64,000 bases of DNA, from positions 64,001-128,000 of the IMG/VR virus record IMGVR_UViG_3300028591_000081; one strand, written 5' to 3'. Of the stretch, positions 28,049 to 38,568 are shown one piece after another. How positions within the stretch are numbered: position 1 is the first letter of the stretch; every line of letters begins with the position of its first letter. A program made the translations under genes and the position numbers. Source of the stretch: a virus. Lineage: Duplodnaviria > Caudoviricetes. The notes under the pieces were generated by a model that worked only from the letters and a program-made list of their open reading frames with translations, did not search any database and was not told where the DNA came from.

Positions 28049-28540
28049 ATGATCAAGGATATGCGTAAACAACCTCGCTTTAGAACTATTAACAACGAAG
28101 GACGACAGACGGGACGTAATTCTCGTATCCGTTCTCGCCGTCTCGAAAAGTTTACTGGTCAAGACCGTGCTCTTGCCAAACAGCTTGACGACATTTGCAG
28201 TTCTGTTTCTGGACGTGAGATTGAGAATACTGTCCAGCTCCGTACCATTCTCTCAAAAATTGAACGCGGTGCAGAGGCTTTAGGTTGCCGTTTCAAACTC
28301 GCTCTTATGGACGGATTCAATGGTAGTCCTCATTACGATGAGTACACGGTGGATGAGTTCTGTGTGAAAGCTAAACGCTACCTTCCTGCTGATGATGACA
28401 CCTTCGTGGAGGTCATGTTCGTAGACGGTGAACCCGGCGACCAGTACATGCTGGTCTGGACGGACGATGATCACGAAGAGATCACGGAGTTTGCGCAGTT
28501 CATTTTTGATGCGCCCTCTGACGGTCGTATTGGCCTGTAA
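28049..28540 (+). CDS. hypothetical protein with Arg-rich leader and acidic body
   Basis: AAGGAG RBS; 163 aa. Confidence 0.7.
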   Translation: MIKDMRKQPRFRTINNEGRQTGRNSRIRSRRLEKFTGQDRALAKQLDDICSSVSGREIENTVQLRTILSKIERGAEALGCRFKLALMDGFNGSPHYDEYTVDEFCVKAKRYLPADDDTFVEVMFVDGEPGDQYMLVWTDDDHEEITEFAQFIFDAPSDGRIGL

Positions 28541-28557
28541 TCCGCATCCCTTGATGC

Positions 28558-28589
28558 AAAAGAGCCAGCAAATCGCTGGCTCTTTTTTT
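28558..28589 (+). terminator. intrinsic terminator
   Basis: aaaagagccagc / gctggctctttt plus a T tract abutting the promoter box. Confidence 0.85.
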
Positions 28590-28631
28590 ATGGTGCTAGG
28601 CCCAACCCCTATCACAGCCTTGTGGTATAAT
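28589..28631 (+). promoter_or_regulatory. GGTGCTG-box promoter
   Basis: TATGGTGCTA-N24-TG-G-TATAAT (consensus -10). Confidence 0.8.
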
Positions 28632-28705
28632 GGTGTGTGCCTTTGGTGAGGCGGCACTGAAGGCTCTTGTTCCTACGTCTTGTCTCTCGGTAAGGAGATT
28701 CAGTC

Positions 28706-29431
28706 ATGGCACGTTCCAAGGAAATTGACGTTGCGTCGTTACTCCGTATGAATATCGACGGGGTATGTGCCCTTCATGTTTACCTGCCTTATCTCAAGGT
28801 TGGAACATGCAAAGACATGGACGTGAGGTGTCGAAGGTTTGTAGCCTTTTTGGAATGGGCGGCCTCGGATGATGTGGAGGCTCATTGGGAACCCAACCTT
28901 TTGACACAGTATGCTGAACACCTACGGACTTTGGGGAATGCAGAACGAACCGTGTCTGCGAAAGTCTCAAACATTCGTCAGTTCCTTTTGTGTGCTGAAG
29001 CCGAAGACGTTATTCCTCAGGTGGTTGTGTATGCCAAACGTGGGCGTAAACCAAAAGAACGTCCGTCAATTCCAAAGGTATTCGTCGGAAAGCCCTTGAG
29101 GACATGCAGAACGAAACGTACCTCAGGTTTCAAAAAGACATTCATGTACGACCTGTTTGGTATGGAAATGGAGACGTTTTCCAGCGATGCCTTAAAACGG
29201 TCGTATCGCCGTCTTGCTAACCTGCTCCATCCTGACCATTCAGATTGCTCTCCGGAGTATTTCGTAGCCTGTAATGATGCCTACAACTTTCTGATGAGTT
29301 CTGTACGCCGTCTGTCTTATAACCACTACATTCAGGGTAAGTCAGATACCATGCAGGTTCCTGATTTTGTCCGGGATGTGTACAACCGCATGGGTGGATA
29401 CACCACCCTAAACAAGCTGATGTGTGCTTGA
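28706..29431 (+). CDS. J-domain (DnaJ-like) protein with N-terminal integrase core-binding/SAM-like domain
   Basis: LKRSYRRLANLLHPD...FVACNDAYNFL; N-terminal RRFVAFL...QYAEHLRTLGNAERTVSAKVSNIRQFL. Confidence 0.7.
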   Translation: MARSKEIDVASLLRMNIDGVCALHVYLPYLKVGTCKDMDVRCRRFVAFLEWAASDDVEAHWEPNLLTQYAEHLRTLGNAERTVSAKVSNIRQFLLCAEAEDVIPQVVVYAKRGRKPKERPSIPKVFVGKPLRTCRTKRTSGFKKTFMYDLFGMEMETFSSDALKRSYRRLANLLHPDHSDCSPEYFVACNDAYNFLMSSVRRLSYNHYIQGKSDTMQVPDFVRDVYNRMGGYTTLNKLMCA

Positions 29432-29451
29432 TTACTCATAGGGAGAGATGA

Positions 29452-31116
29452 ATGGCTAAAAAGTTCGATGTACGTTCGACGTGGAAATACACTGGATACA
29501 CTTTGTCACCAGAGCAGGAAGCCGCATTGGAAAAAATACGTAAAATGCGTTCCAGTGTCGTAGCTTTGAGTTGTGGTCTTGGAAAGACGCTTACTGCTCT
29601 TCATTATGCTCAGGAATTGGTAGACAAAGGAGTGGATGGGTACAAAGCTCCAGTTCGATGTGTGTTCGCCGTGCCGAAAGCCGCAACCCATGCGTTCGAG
29701 AGAGAGTTCGTAACCAAGCTCGGTAAAGAGTACCTGCTTCTGACCTGTAAGCATAAGAACGTGACATGGGGAGATGTGGACAAGCATTCGTTTATCATTG
29801 TCGAACAGTCGTACCTCAAGACGATTTTACCAGCATTGGTGAAGGTGGCTGAGACCTATCCGACGTACCTGTTCATTGACGAGGCGCACTGCTTACAGGA
29901 TGACAAAACAGAATTGTCGAAATCGTTGCTTGCCATTCGTGAGAAGTGTCTTGGGGTGGTAGCAATGACCGGAACGCCACTGATGAACAGCATTGAGGGT
30001 CTGTTCAATCTGTACCATTTCGTGTTCCCTAAAGTGTTCCCGTCATGGAACGCATTTCGGAACCGATACTGTATCACGAAAGACCGAGAAATCTACATGC
30101 GGAAGAAAGGTCAGGCATTCAACCCCTATGGAAATAAGCGTATCATCAAGGAGATTATTGGGTACCAGAATATGGAAGAACTCAACAAGTACCTTGATAT
30201 GCTCACCATCAAGGGATCAAAGAAGTACAACACGGACTATCAGTTCTTGAAATGTGATCTCGATCCTTGTCGGGAAGAGTCCTATGTACAGGCCGCACAG
30301 GGCCTTCTTGTTACTAAGGAAGCCAAAGACTGGGGTGCCAGACTGCACGATCTTCAGCGTGTGGTGGATGGTAATCCTCAGATACGAGATGATGGTACCC
30401 TTGTACCCTATCCGCCCGGGGTCGTTCCGAACAAACAGAAGCTCTTACTGGATTGCCTGAAGCAGGTAATGGAACGGGATGAGGCTTGTCTTGTGTATGT
30501 TGAGTATCTTGAAACCGTGGACATGATAAAAGGGTTCCTTGAGTCTCAAAAAGACCTACTTGGGTACCATGCCATTCATGTGTTGAGTGGGGAGATTCCT
30601 GAAGCTACGCGAGCGTCGATTGAAGTGTTGATGGAAAAACGAGACATCGTTCTGATGACCTCCTCAGGAACGGCTTCCAGAAACTTGCAGAAGGCAAATA
30701 ACCTCATTTTGTTCAACACCTCATTCAGTCTCGGGAATATCATTCAAACCATTGGACGGATATGTCGTACAGACTCAGCCTTTGACACCCAGCACATCTA
30801 TGTTCTGGAAGTGGATGGTACAATCGACACGTACAAGGTAATGCTGTTCAAGGATCATCTAGCCTTGGTGGACAAGCTCATGGGTAGTGAATGTCGTTCG
30901 ACACTTACATGCGATTATGTGGAGATCGACCGTAGCCGCATGGACTACATCAAGAAATCCATCCTGTGGCAGAAGGGGGCCGGTAGTACCATCAGGGGAG
31001 GTAAGAGTCGCGGAAAGAAAAAGTCTGCGGACGAACTGCTTGAGAACCTCAAGGGCGCAGGAACCATCATAAAGAAAGCGAACTTCGACGACCCTTCATG
31101 GGGCCTCGATCTGTGA
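29452..31116 (+). CDS. SNF2-related superfamily 2 helicase
   Basis: GLGKT, FIDEAH, MTGTPLMN, RNLQKAN, QTIGRICR. Confidence 0.88.
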   Translation: MAKKFDVRSTWKYTGYTLSPEQEAALEKIRKMRSSVVALSCGLGKTLTALHYAQELVDKGVDGYKAPVRCVFAVPKAATHAFEREFVTKLGKEYLLLTCKHKNVTWGDVDKHSFIIVEQSYLKTILPALVKVAETYPTYLFIDEAHCLQDDKTELSKSLLAIREKCLGVVAMTGTPLMNSIEGLFNLYHFVFPKVFPSWNAFRNRYCITKDREIYMRKKGQAFNPYGNKRIIKEIIGYQNMEELNKYLDMLTIKGSKKYNTDYQFLKCDLDPCREESYVQAAQGLLVTKEAKDWGARLHDLQRVVDGNPQIRDDGTLVPYPPGVVPNKQKLLLDCLKQVMERDEACLVYVEYLETVDMIKGFLESQKDLLGYHAIHVLSGEIPEATRASIEVLMEKRDIVLMTSSGTASRNLQKANNLILFNTSFSLGNIIQTIGRICRTDSAFDTQHIYVLEVDGTIDTYKVMLFKDHLALVDKLMGSECRSTLTCDYVEIDRSRMDYIKKSILWQKGAGSTIRGGKSRGKKKSADELLENLKGAGTIIKKANFDDPSWGLDL

Positions 31117-31210
31117 AAAAACTATGGTACTTTAAGATCCTCAGCGAGGTTGGCGGAAATCAAATCCCTTGTGTTTCGTCAACCAGTGATCCTGTTATCG
31201 GAGACTTATC

Positions 31211-32665
31211 ATGCCAAGAGATTATGCAGACAGCGATGTCGATGTGAAAAAGTTACAATGGGTAAAGTCAAGTGATTACCTTCGTGTGAATACCTGTGTG
31301 GACAATGTGGACAAACTTACGGGTCTGTTCAACGACGGCCCGTGTGATGTCGTCAAGAGTGCTAAGGAATCTTCTTGTGGTATTTATGTGGAGTATCCTA
31401 ATCCCGGCGCAACTCCAACGAAATTTTCACTGAATGAACGTACTCAGTATGTTTCGACTTCGGTAGGTAATATCAAGATCGGTTCCAAAAACTTGCAGGA
31501 CTGTATTCATTATGACTCTGCTCCCGGCCTTATCAAGGTCATTACGGTGTGTCACGATGCTCAGGGTAACTTTGAAGGGGCGACGACATACTTCATCCAG
31601 CGCGTGAGTGTCCGAAATGCTGAAGACATCACTTCGGCAGACCGACAAGACGATGGAGCTTCTCAGGATGCGGCCAGTCAGCAGGATACTCAGAACCAAC
31701 AAGACTCTACTGGGAAAGACAGCAGTCAACCTTCGACTCCTGAAAATGACCAAGGTTCCGGTCAATCTCCCAAAGAAGCTCCGAAAGAGAGTCTGGTGAA
31801 GAGAGATCGTTACGGTCGTATGATCCCTGTCTCCATTCTGCAAAGATACGAAGCAGAAGGAGACAATGCCGGGCAAGCCTCAGACAATACAGACCTTGAA
31901 GTCGAAGTCATTGAAAAGTCCGCACAGAGTTTCCTTTCTGGAAAATTTGCACAAGGTCTTCTGGATCTGACCAATCAGTATTATGAAGCTCAGCTCATCG
32001 GTGCCGCGTCTATTGTGTCTAACAAACGACTTCCTTGGCTGGGCCGCTGTACATTCTCACTAGGTACCGGTACTGATGTAAATAAGAAGCCAGCGATTCG
32101 TATGGCGATTCTTCCTTGGGATCACTCTACGAAGAGTAACAAGGAAGATGCTTGGGAATGTGTGCGTACCTGTGCATCAGCTCAAGACTTGGATGAAGAT
32201 ATGGTTGATGATGCTTCCAAAGGTCAGAAATCTTCTGGTTCTACAACCCCATCTCCAGCTCCGCAAGCGGGACAGGCTACGAACCCCCTCATTCAGGCGG
32301 CGACTCAAGGACAGGCATCACAGTCAGGCCAGCCTCAGAATCAGATTCAGGCGCAACAACAGATTGGCCACAGTCCTGAGGAAGCCACGGACGCACAGAA
32401 ACGGGCTATGCTTGCCCAGCAGGAAACCGCAGACCCGGCAAAGTATGCTCAATCGTTGTTCTCGGTAGTCAGTAAGAAGTTCGCCTCTGCGGCTGGCCGG
32501 GACACCGTTTCTGATTACAAGGTATTCTGCAAGTGGCGTGATATTCTGTACGACACAACCCATCCTGAAGAGAATGGTCTGGTTAAGGTTACTGCTGAAG
32601 ACATGGCGTCGAAACATACCAACTTCAGAGGGAGAACGAAGGCCGCCCAGTGGATTCTTTTTTAA
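31211..32665 (+). CDS. hypothetical protein with Gln/Ser-rich linkers (possible virion protein)
   Basis: 484 aa; GGAG RBS; followed by a terminator. Confidence 0.65.
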   Translation: MPRDYADSDVDVKKLQWVKSSDYLRVNTCVDNVDKLTGLFNDGPCDVVKSAKESSCGIYVEYPNPGATPTKFSLNERTQYVSTSVGNIKIGSKNLQDCIHYDSAPGLIKVITVCHDAQGNFEGATTYFIQRVSVRNAEDITSADRQDDGASQDAASQQDTQNQQDSTGKDSSQPSTPENDQGSGQSPKEAPKESLVKRDRYGRMIPVSILQRYEAEGDNAGQASDNTDLEVEVIEKSAQSFLSGKFAQGLLDLTNQYYEAQLIGAASIVSNKRLPWLGRCTFSLGTGTDVNKKPAIRMAILPWDHSTKSNKEDAWECVRTCASAQDLDEDMVDDASKGQKSSGSTTPSPAPQAGQATNPLIQAATQGQASQSGQPQNQIQAQQQIGHSPEEATDAQKRAMLAQQETADPAKYAQSLFSVVSKKFASAAGRDTVSDYKVFCKWRDILYDTTHPEENGLVKVTAEDMASKHTNFRGRTKAAQWILF

Positions 32666-32690
32666 CGGCCCGCGTATCACATTTTTTGTC

Positions 32691-32723
32691 AAAAAGCGTC
32701 CGGTTTGGACGCTTTTATTTTTT
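32691..32723 (+). terminator. intrinsic terminator
   Basis: aaaagcgtcc / ggacgctttt plus T tract. Confidence 0.8.
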
Positions 32724-32764
32724 ATGGTGCTGAGAGAAATTTCTTTGGAAAAGTGTGTTAGGAT
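32723..32764 (+). promoter_or_regulatory. GGTGCTG-box promoter of the helicase operon
   Basis: TATGGTGCTG-N23-TG-T-TAGGAT. Confidence 0.78.
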
Positions 32765-32810
32765 GTAGTCCGTATTTCAGGTATTTGGTTTTAACCTGAG
32801 TGGAGATGTC

Positions 32811-33638
32811 ATGGCAAAACGTTTACAGGTTCCAAAGAAATCTCAAGTGAAGAGGGATGATTCTGTGGACAATCTCGTTTGGAAGCAACGACTACGTGCG
32901 TATGCCCTAAAACCTTTGTTGCCGATTCCTGCAATGCCAAGCAAGGCAGAACTTTCCCGCATGTTCATTCAAGAGGGCAGTCGGTTCTTGCAGATGATGA
33001 GACCTAACACAGTCAGGGTATGGATGTATAACAGAAAGACCCTTACCGGGCTATTGTATCATCTGTTATTCCGATACACTGATTATGAGAAGGACTGCTT
33101 CACGGCGGCCATGGATCAGTTCAGCGTGTACAGTGACGCCGAGCTTCTGGCTTCCAAGTTTACCTACAAGGATTACAAGATTCCTGAAGAACGGTTGTGC
33201 GTGATCCAGTTAGGAACTGCGGCCAGAAATGCGTATCTCACCGAAATCTTGAATGAAGTGGTCCGTCACCGTCTTAAACGCGTAGACCGTTCCAGAACCA
33301 TCTTTTTGTTTGAGGGTACCAGAACGGACTTCCAGCTCATGTTTGGAAAGGTGGGAGAATGCACGCTGGACAGGGATGAGTATGTAATTGATTGGAATTC
33401 TGATGCGGAGAGATGCACGAACAGAGCAAACCACATCAGTGAGGATATCATTTCAAGAACCGCTCCTGCTTCGATTCAACACAATCAGAATACTCCAGTT
33501 GCTCCAAAGACTGTGTTTGAAGAGACCACAAAACCGAAACTAAAGTCTAAGACCTATACAAAGCCGTCAAAGGCCCGTCCAGAGGTGGCCGATGTAGATT
33601 CTGGTCCATTTAACTCTGATCCAGAAGAGTTCTTCTGA
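32811..33638 (+). CDS. hypothetical protein, possibly a degenerate DnaC/IstB-like helicase loader
   Basis: LCVIQLG...EILNEVVRHR...RTIF echoes the DnaC C-terminal pattern, but there is no Walker A. Confidence 0.45.
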   Translation: MAKRLQVPKKSQVKRDDSVDNLVWKQRLRAYALKPLLPIPAMPSKAELSRMFIQEGSRFLQMMRPNTVRVWMYNRKTLTGLLYHLLFRYTDYEKDCFTAAMDQFSVYSDAELLASKFTYKDYKIPEERLCVIQLGTAARNAYLTEILNEVVRHRLKRVDRSRTIFLFEGTRTDFQLMFGKVGECTLDRDEYVIDWNSDAERCTNRANHISEDIISRTAPASIQHNQNTPVAPKTVFEETTKPKLKSKTYTKPSKARPEVADVDSGPFNSDPEEFF

Positions 33639-33716
33639 TCAGTCCTCCAACGGAACCAAAAGAAGACAGAGTTCCAAGGGGCCAGCAGTGCCCAGATACA
33701 CACATAGGAGAGATAT

Positions 33717-34802
33717 ATGAACCTTGGGTTTTCTTTGAGAAAAAATTTTGAGTTCGTTCAAAAACTTATTCCAGTTCCTTACGGATTCTTGGAGACAGAC
33801 ATCAGTACGATTCGCTTTCTTGGTGAAGGAGAGCTGGAAGTAGAGTTGAGCCATGCTATGGAGCTTGGGGACGGGTTTATAGTTCCGAAGAAGCTGGTTC
33901 AGAAGAAGATTTTCCCAATCATTGGTATTTCCGGACTTCTCATGCAGGATTATCTCAACGACTCTTTAGGTTCTTTTGGCCCGGCGATTGAGGCTCTTGT
34001 TCAGGAAAGCATAATGCGCAACATTCGGCACTTTGTGTTTTACATCCCAAAAGGCAGTGCCGAAGTAGTGGATGTTCTTCCTATGTTTGACAAAGATCTG
34101 AAACCCATTGCAGAAGACCATACGGATTTGCAACTCAATTACGATACGCTCACTCCACTTCCATACCTCAAAGGACTTCTTGCGGAATGTTCTGAGAACG
34201 GAGAAATTGATTCGTGTTCTGATAAGTTCGATGATGTGTTTGTTTTCGACATCTCATGCGATGACGACAAATTCGAAATGAGCTTTTCTCCGGACATTGC
34301 AGAAAACAATGGAGGGGTAGTACCGGATCTCTATTGTGAACTACAACTGAAGATGCCAGTGTCTTCAATGTCTCCTGCCCAGATTATTGGGAACATCCCT
34401 GCGAAATGTATTGGATGTGAGTTTACACTTCCTCAGAATTTTGCGAAAGGTAAGCATTCAGACAAATCAGCGCGTGAAGTGTATGACTATGTGTGCAAGT
34501 TCATGGCCATGCTCCGTGAAGAAGAGAGGAATTGGTACAGCGCGTACAAGAGTATGCTGGATTGGGACAAATGCACAGGAAAGGTTTGGGAATTTCTGTC
34601 TGGAACCCTTGGTCTTTTACTCGCCGCTGATGGAGGGGAGAACCTGTGGACAATTCAGGATATATGCCGAAGCATCAATGAAATGTTCAGCGAAGCGACG
34701 AAAGTGTCTGCTTCATTTAAGAAAAATGTAGGTAAATGCCTTGGGTACATGTTGGTGTGGCAAGCCTTGGGGTGCAGAACCTGTGAGCATCTCCCTGACT
34801 AA
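33717..34802 (+). CDS. hypothetical protein
   Basis: 361 aa; AGGAG RBS. Confidence 0.7.
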   Translation: MNLGFSLRKNFEFVQKLIPVPYGFLETDISTIRFLGEGELEVELSHAMELGDGFIVPKKLVQKKIFPIIGISGLLMQDYLNDSLGSFGPAIEALVQESIMRNIRHFVFYIPKGSAEVVDVLPMFDKDLKPIAEDHTDLQLNYDTLTPLPYLKGLLAECSENGEIDSCSDKFDDVFVFDISCDDDKFEMSFSPDIAENNGGVVPDLYCELQLKMPVSSMSPAQIIGNIPAKCIGCEFTLPQNFAKGKHSDKSAREVYDYVCKFMAMLREEERNWYSAYKSMLDWDKCTGKVWEFLSGTLGLLLAADGGENLWTIQDICRSINEMFSEATKVSASFKKNVGKCLGYMLVWQALGCRTCEHLPD

Positions 34803-34873
34803 TCCAGATACTGTGTATATCGCAAGCACGAAAGTGTGAATGACACTTCAGCGACTATGAAAAAGGGATTAGC

Positions 34874-36463
34874 ATGGGGAAGTTTACAGATTATCAGGCA
34901 AATGTTCCGGAGCGTACTGCCGACAGTGTTCGTCAGGAAGCGGAGACTTCATTCTGGCTTGTCGTGGCCGCGTCTTTGAATCAGACCTCTGATTTCTACC
35001 GAACGCTTTTTGCCGGAATGAGTGCAGAGAATGTCCTTGAAAACCTGAGTGGCATCAATGGACAAGCCTTCCAGATTGTTCAGTTTATGGCATCGTATTA
35101 TGACGACCATGACACGATGCCTTCAGAACAAGCCTTCAAAGATAGGTTCAGAGACAAGCCAGTCAAGGCCCGCGAAGGGTATAGCAAGACGGAACTTACC
35201 TCTCATTGTGACAAAGTCATCACTTGTGCAAAGAGGTTCGGATATTTACGCACGCTTACCGAAATGGCCAAGCATGTGATTGCAGATGGCATTACGGCCA
35301 CCGATGCGCAGAGTATTTACAAAATGTCGGTGGAGGGGATGCCCGATCAGATCGAGATGGATCCTCTGGAAGAGCTCAAACGTCGTAAAGAGGCGGGTGG
35401 GTATCGTGTGTTTGTGGAGGAACTTGACAAGAACTGCCGAGGTATAAAGAAAGGTTCCGTGGCTACGATTGCCGCGTATGCCGGTGGGTTCAAGACATGC
35501 TGGGCAATCAATATAGCTCTCAGGAATGCTTTGGACAAAAAGCATATCGTGTACATTTCTTTTGAGGTCGATAAGGCCCAGCTATACGCACGACTTTACT
35601 CTGCCCTCTCTCGATGCCCTGAGAGTCCTCTGGCTAAGAATGACGCCATACCGTTCGAAGCCGTGTTTCATCAGATTATGTCCCCCAAGCAACAGGAAGA
35701 TTTGGAGAATGTTATTGTTCCGTTTTACAATCAGAACGTCAAACCGTATCTCACGCTTCTGGATGAGTCCGACATCGCACCCACCGATATGGATGAGGAT
35801 GAACTCACTCAGTTGCTGTACCGTATTGACGACCAACGTCCGATTGATGTGTTAGTGGTTGACCATATCGGTATGACGAAGTTCTATCGCGCCCATGGAA
35901 AAAACAAAGGGATTGCCCGGGACGAATTCAGCCAGATTAACAACTACGTGTCATATTTTCGCAGTAAAGCCGTCAACTTCAGAATAGGGGCCGACGGTCA
36001 TCCAAGAGAGCTTGGGGTTCTTTTACTGTGCCAGATCAATCGACAGGGTTATGAGCGTGCTTTGAAGGATTCCCAGAACAACGACACAAAGGATGAGGCG
36101 ACTTCTCATCATGGTCGATACACACTGACCAGTCTTGCGGAAGCAAATGAAGTGGAGAAGGCTTCTAGCTACGTCTTCACGATTTTCGCAAACCGTGAGA
36201 GCAATACAGCCTTCATCCAGTTGTTGAAGAATCGAAACGGTGCCCCTTTGGAAGACGGCGTATGTACTCCCATCGAGCCAGAATACAGTCGGTTCGGAGA
36301 CCTTACCATAGTTCCTGAGGACGCTCTGTATGCAGACCTTGGAAAAACGGCAACAATCCCGGCCAATACTTTCGGGGACAACATCGAGTCAGACCTTGAT
36401 ACAGGCAACCTCCTGTCCTATGTCCTGACCGATGATATGACTTTCACAGACACTCATCTTTAG
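34874..36463 (+). CDS. DnaB-like replicative helicase
   Basis: Walker A AYAGGFKT, YISFEV, LVVDHIG, LCQINRQG, LKNRNG. Confidence 0.88.
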   Translation: MGKFTDYQANVPERTADSVRQEAETSFWLVVAASLNQTSDFYRTLFAGMSAENVLENLSGINGQAFQIVQFMASYYDDHDTMPSEQAFKDRFRDKPVKAREGYSKTELTSHCDKVITCAKRFGYLRTLTEMAKHVIADGITATDAQSIYKMSVEGMPDQIEMDPLEELKRRKEAGGYRVFVEELDKNCRGIKKGSVATIAAYAGGFKTCWAINIALRNALDKKHIVYISFEVDKAQLYARLYSALSRCPESPLAKNDAIPFEAVFHQIMSPKQQEDLENVIVPFYNQNVKPYLTLLDESDIAPTDMDEDELTQLLYRIDDQRPIDVLVVDHIGMTKFYRAHGKNKGIARDEFSQINNYVSYFRSKAVNFRIGADGHPRELGVLLLCQINRQGYERALKDSQNNDTKDEATSHHGRYTLTSLAEANEVEKASSYVFTIFANRESNTAFIQLLKNRNGAPLEDGVCTPIEPEYSRFGDLTIVPEDALYADLGKTATIPANTFGDNIESDLDTGNLLSYVLTDDMTFTDTHL

Positions 36464-36474
36464 GAGAACCTTAC

Positions 36475-36894
36475 ATGTCTACTGACCCAAAAATGTACGA
36501 ATTTTTGAAGAACCTCAATGCGGAAATCAAGAAATGGATCTTGCCAGAAACGGAGATGAAGCTGGTCGAGGTTCGTGTAATGACTGCAAAGTCCAGTGTT
36601 CAGGAACTGTCCGAAGTGTGGTCTGCGGTAGTTCGGCAACGTACTCTAGTCTCCAACTCCGTGACGCATCTCAAGCTGATTATGTCTAACATTCGTGGAG
36701 TCATCAATTCGGCGGCGGACGGTTCCATGATGGGGCAGTCCATCCTACGTTCAAAGTCTGACCTTGACCGCCACATAAAGATGTGTGAGACGTATGTTGA
36801 TTCCTATAAGGAATACCTTGAATCCCTCAAGATCGCCCATGAGTACTACAAGAGCATGTCGTACCTTCTGGGTGCCCGTATAACCGATATTTAG
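36475..36894 (+). CDS. coiled-coil hypothetical protein
   Basis: AGGAG RBS; 139 aa helical. Confidence 0.65.
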   Translation: MSTDPKMYEFLKNLNAEIKKWILPETEMKLVEVRVMTAKSSVQELSEVWSAVVRQRTLVSNSVTHLKLIMSNIRGVINSAADGSMMGQSILRSKSDLDRHIKMCETYVDSYKEYLESLKIAHEYYKSMSYLLGARITDI

Positions 36895-36903
36895 GAGACC
36901 TGT

Positions 36904-37098
36904 ATGAGTAGTGATGTTCGCGACACGGTGTTGGAATACTTTCCCACCAAAACCTCTTGGTATCAGGCTCAGGAATCTGAACGAAAGAAATTTGAGGACA
37001 TGATTCAGCGCGTCAGTCATATCACTGAAGCCATAGATGCCCGAGTACAGAAGTATATTTATAACCGTAAAGATTCCAGTGAGGGGAAGTATGAGTAG
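36904..37098 (+). CDS. small hypothetical protein
   Basis: AGGAG RBS. Confidence 0.6.
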   Translation: MSSDVRDTVLEYFPTKTSWYQAQESERKKFEDMIQRVSHITEAIDARVQKYIYNRKDSSEGKYE

Positions 37099-37363
37099 TC
37101 AAGACATGGATTTGAAGACGCTCAAAGAAAGGTGGGCACAGTACGAACAGGGTATCCAAGATATGCAGAAACGGAAGAAACCCCAGACATGCCATCAATG
37201 CGGTGCTTGTATCCGCCCCGGGGACACCCTATGGGTCAAGCCGATGGACGACAAGGTTTACTGCTGTGCGGAATGCTTTGTGGAAGATCATTTTGGGTAT
37301 GTCCTTGAAGGCTCGCCCGGTGACAATGATTACGAATCTTGGTTCGAAGACAACAACGTATAG
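37091..37363 (+). CDS. small Zn-finger protein
   Basis: CHQC...YCCAEC; GAGGGG RBS before ATG 37091. Confidence 0.65.
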   Translation: MSSQDMDLKTLKERWAQYEQGIQDMQKRKKPQTCHQCGACIRPGDTLWVKPMDDKVYCCAECFVEDHFGYVLEGSPGDNDYESWFEDNNV

Positions 37364-37380
37364 GGATCCTAGGAGGCTTC

Positions 37381-38561
37381 ATGCTTAATCCAAAAACAAA
37401 TCAACGCGAGCTGGCTTACATTACCACGGTTACAGACACAAAGACTCTTGATGGGTATGACCGTGTTCATTATGTTCATGTCCTTGGGTGGTGGTGTGTG
37501 GCATCCAAGGACATTCAGGTCGGAGATCGGGTGATCTATTTCGAGGTGGATTCAGTTCTTCCGGAGAGCGATAAACGGTTCCTTTTCATGGCACCACGGA
37601 AGTATCGAGTAAAAACTCAAAAGATGTGCAAGGTTATTTCTCAGGGGCTGGTGTTGCCTGTGAAAGATTTTCCAGAAATTGCCCAGTGTCAAGATGGAGA
37701 CTTTGTGACGGACAAACTCGGCGTAACCTTGTTTGACTCGGATCTTGGAAAGCCTGTCCAGAAAGGTAAAGTGAATGCGTTTACCAAGGCTATGGACAGG
37801 CACAAGAAGTTCTTTTCATTTCCTCTGGTGAAGTTCTTTATGCGTTATCGCTGGTTCCGTTTCTTGATGACAAAGATCTTCGTCAAGAAAAAGGACACGT
37901 ACAGTTGGCCAGCGTGGCTGACAAAAACCAATCAAGAGCGCGTTCAGAATGTACCTATGCTGTTCGAGGACAAAAAGCCAAATGGATTTTGACCGAGAAG
38001 GTGGATGGTATGTCCACCTCCGCGTGGCTGGATGAGAAGAACGTGTACGGTGTCGGGTCACATAATGTTGTGGTCTTTCACAGTAAGAAGCCTGAGTCCA
38101 AGGCCGTCGGTGAATCCAGCTCTTACGTTCAATCCAACGTGTGGTACGAACAGGCCGAACATTACAACCTCCATGACGTGCTGAAACGGATGAAGGAAAA
38201 ATACGAACTCAAGACCGTTGCCATTCAAGGGGAGACTTACGGAGACGGGATCCAGAAACGCACCTACGGGTTGAAACGTGACAAGCATGACTTCGTCGTG
38301 TTTCATATCCTGTTTAACGGGGCACGAGTGTCGATACCTTGCTTGGTGTCCCTGTGTGAGGAATTTAACCTTCCGCATGTACATGTATTTGACTGGTGCT
38401 ACACCTTACCGGATACTGTGGAAGACCTCATTGCTGAGGTGGATTCCAAGCAATCTGCCATTGATAGTGGAATGATTGAGGGATTCGTGCTGTACTCGCA
38501 GGACGGGCAGACCAGCTATAAATGTGTGTCGCCGTCATTCCTGCTGAAATATCACGGATAA
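37381..38561 (+). CDS. RNA ligase (DRB0094/Rnl2-related), split by a -1 frameshift near 37971-37977
   Basis: First frame has VIYFEVDSVLP, SQGLVLP, KTNQERVQN; second frame has motif I TEKVDGMS, IQGETYG, EGFV, YKCVS. Confidence 0.8.
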
Positions 38562-38568
38562 ACCGATT

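Noticed and set aside
28706-29431. Integrase indicating a temperate phage or prophage
   Set aside because: No catalytic R-H-R-Y domain; the C-terminus is a J-domain.
31123-31132. TATGGTACTT (and TGTGGTCTTA at 57067) as further promoter boxes
   Set aside because: Two or more mismatches and no correctly spaced -10 hexamer.
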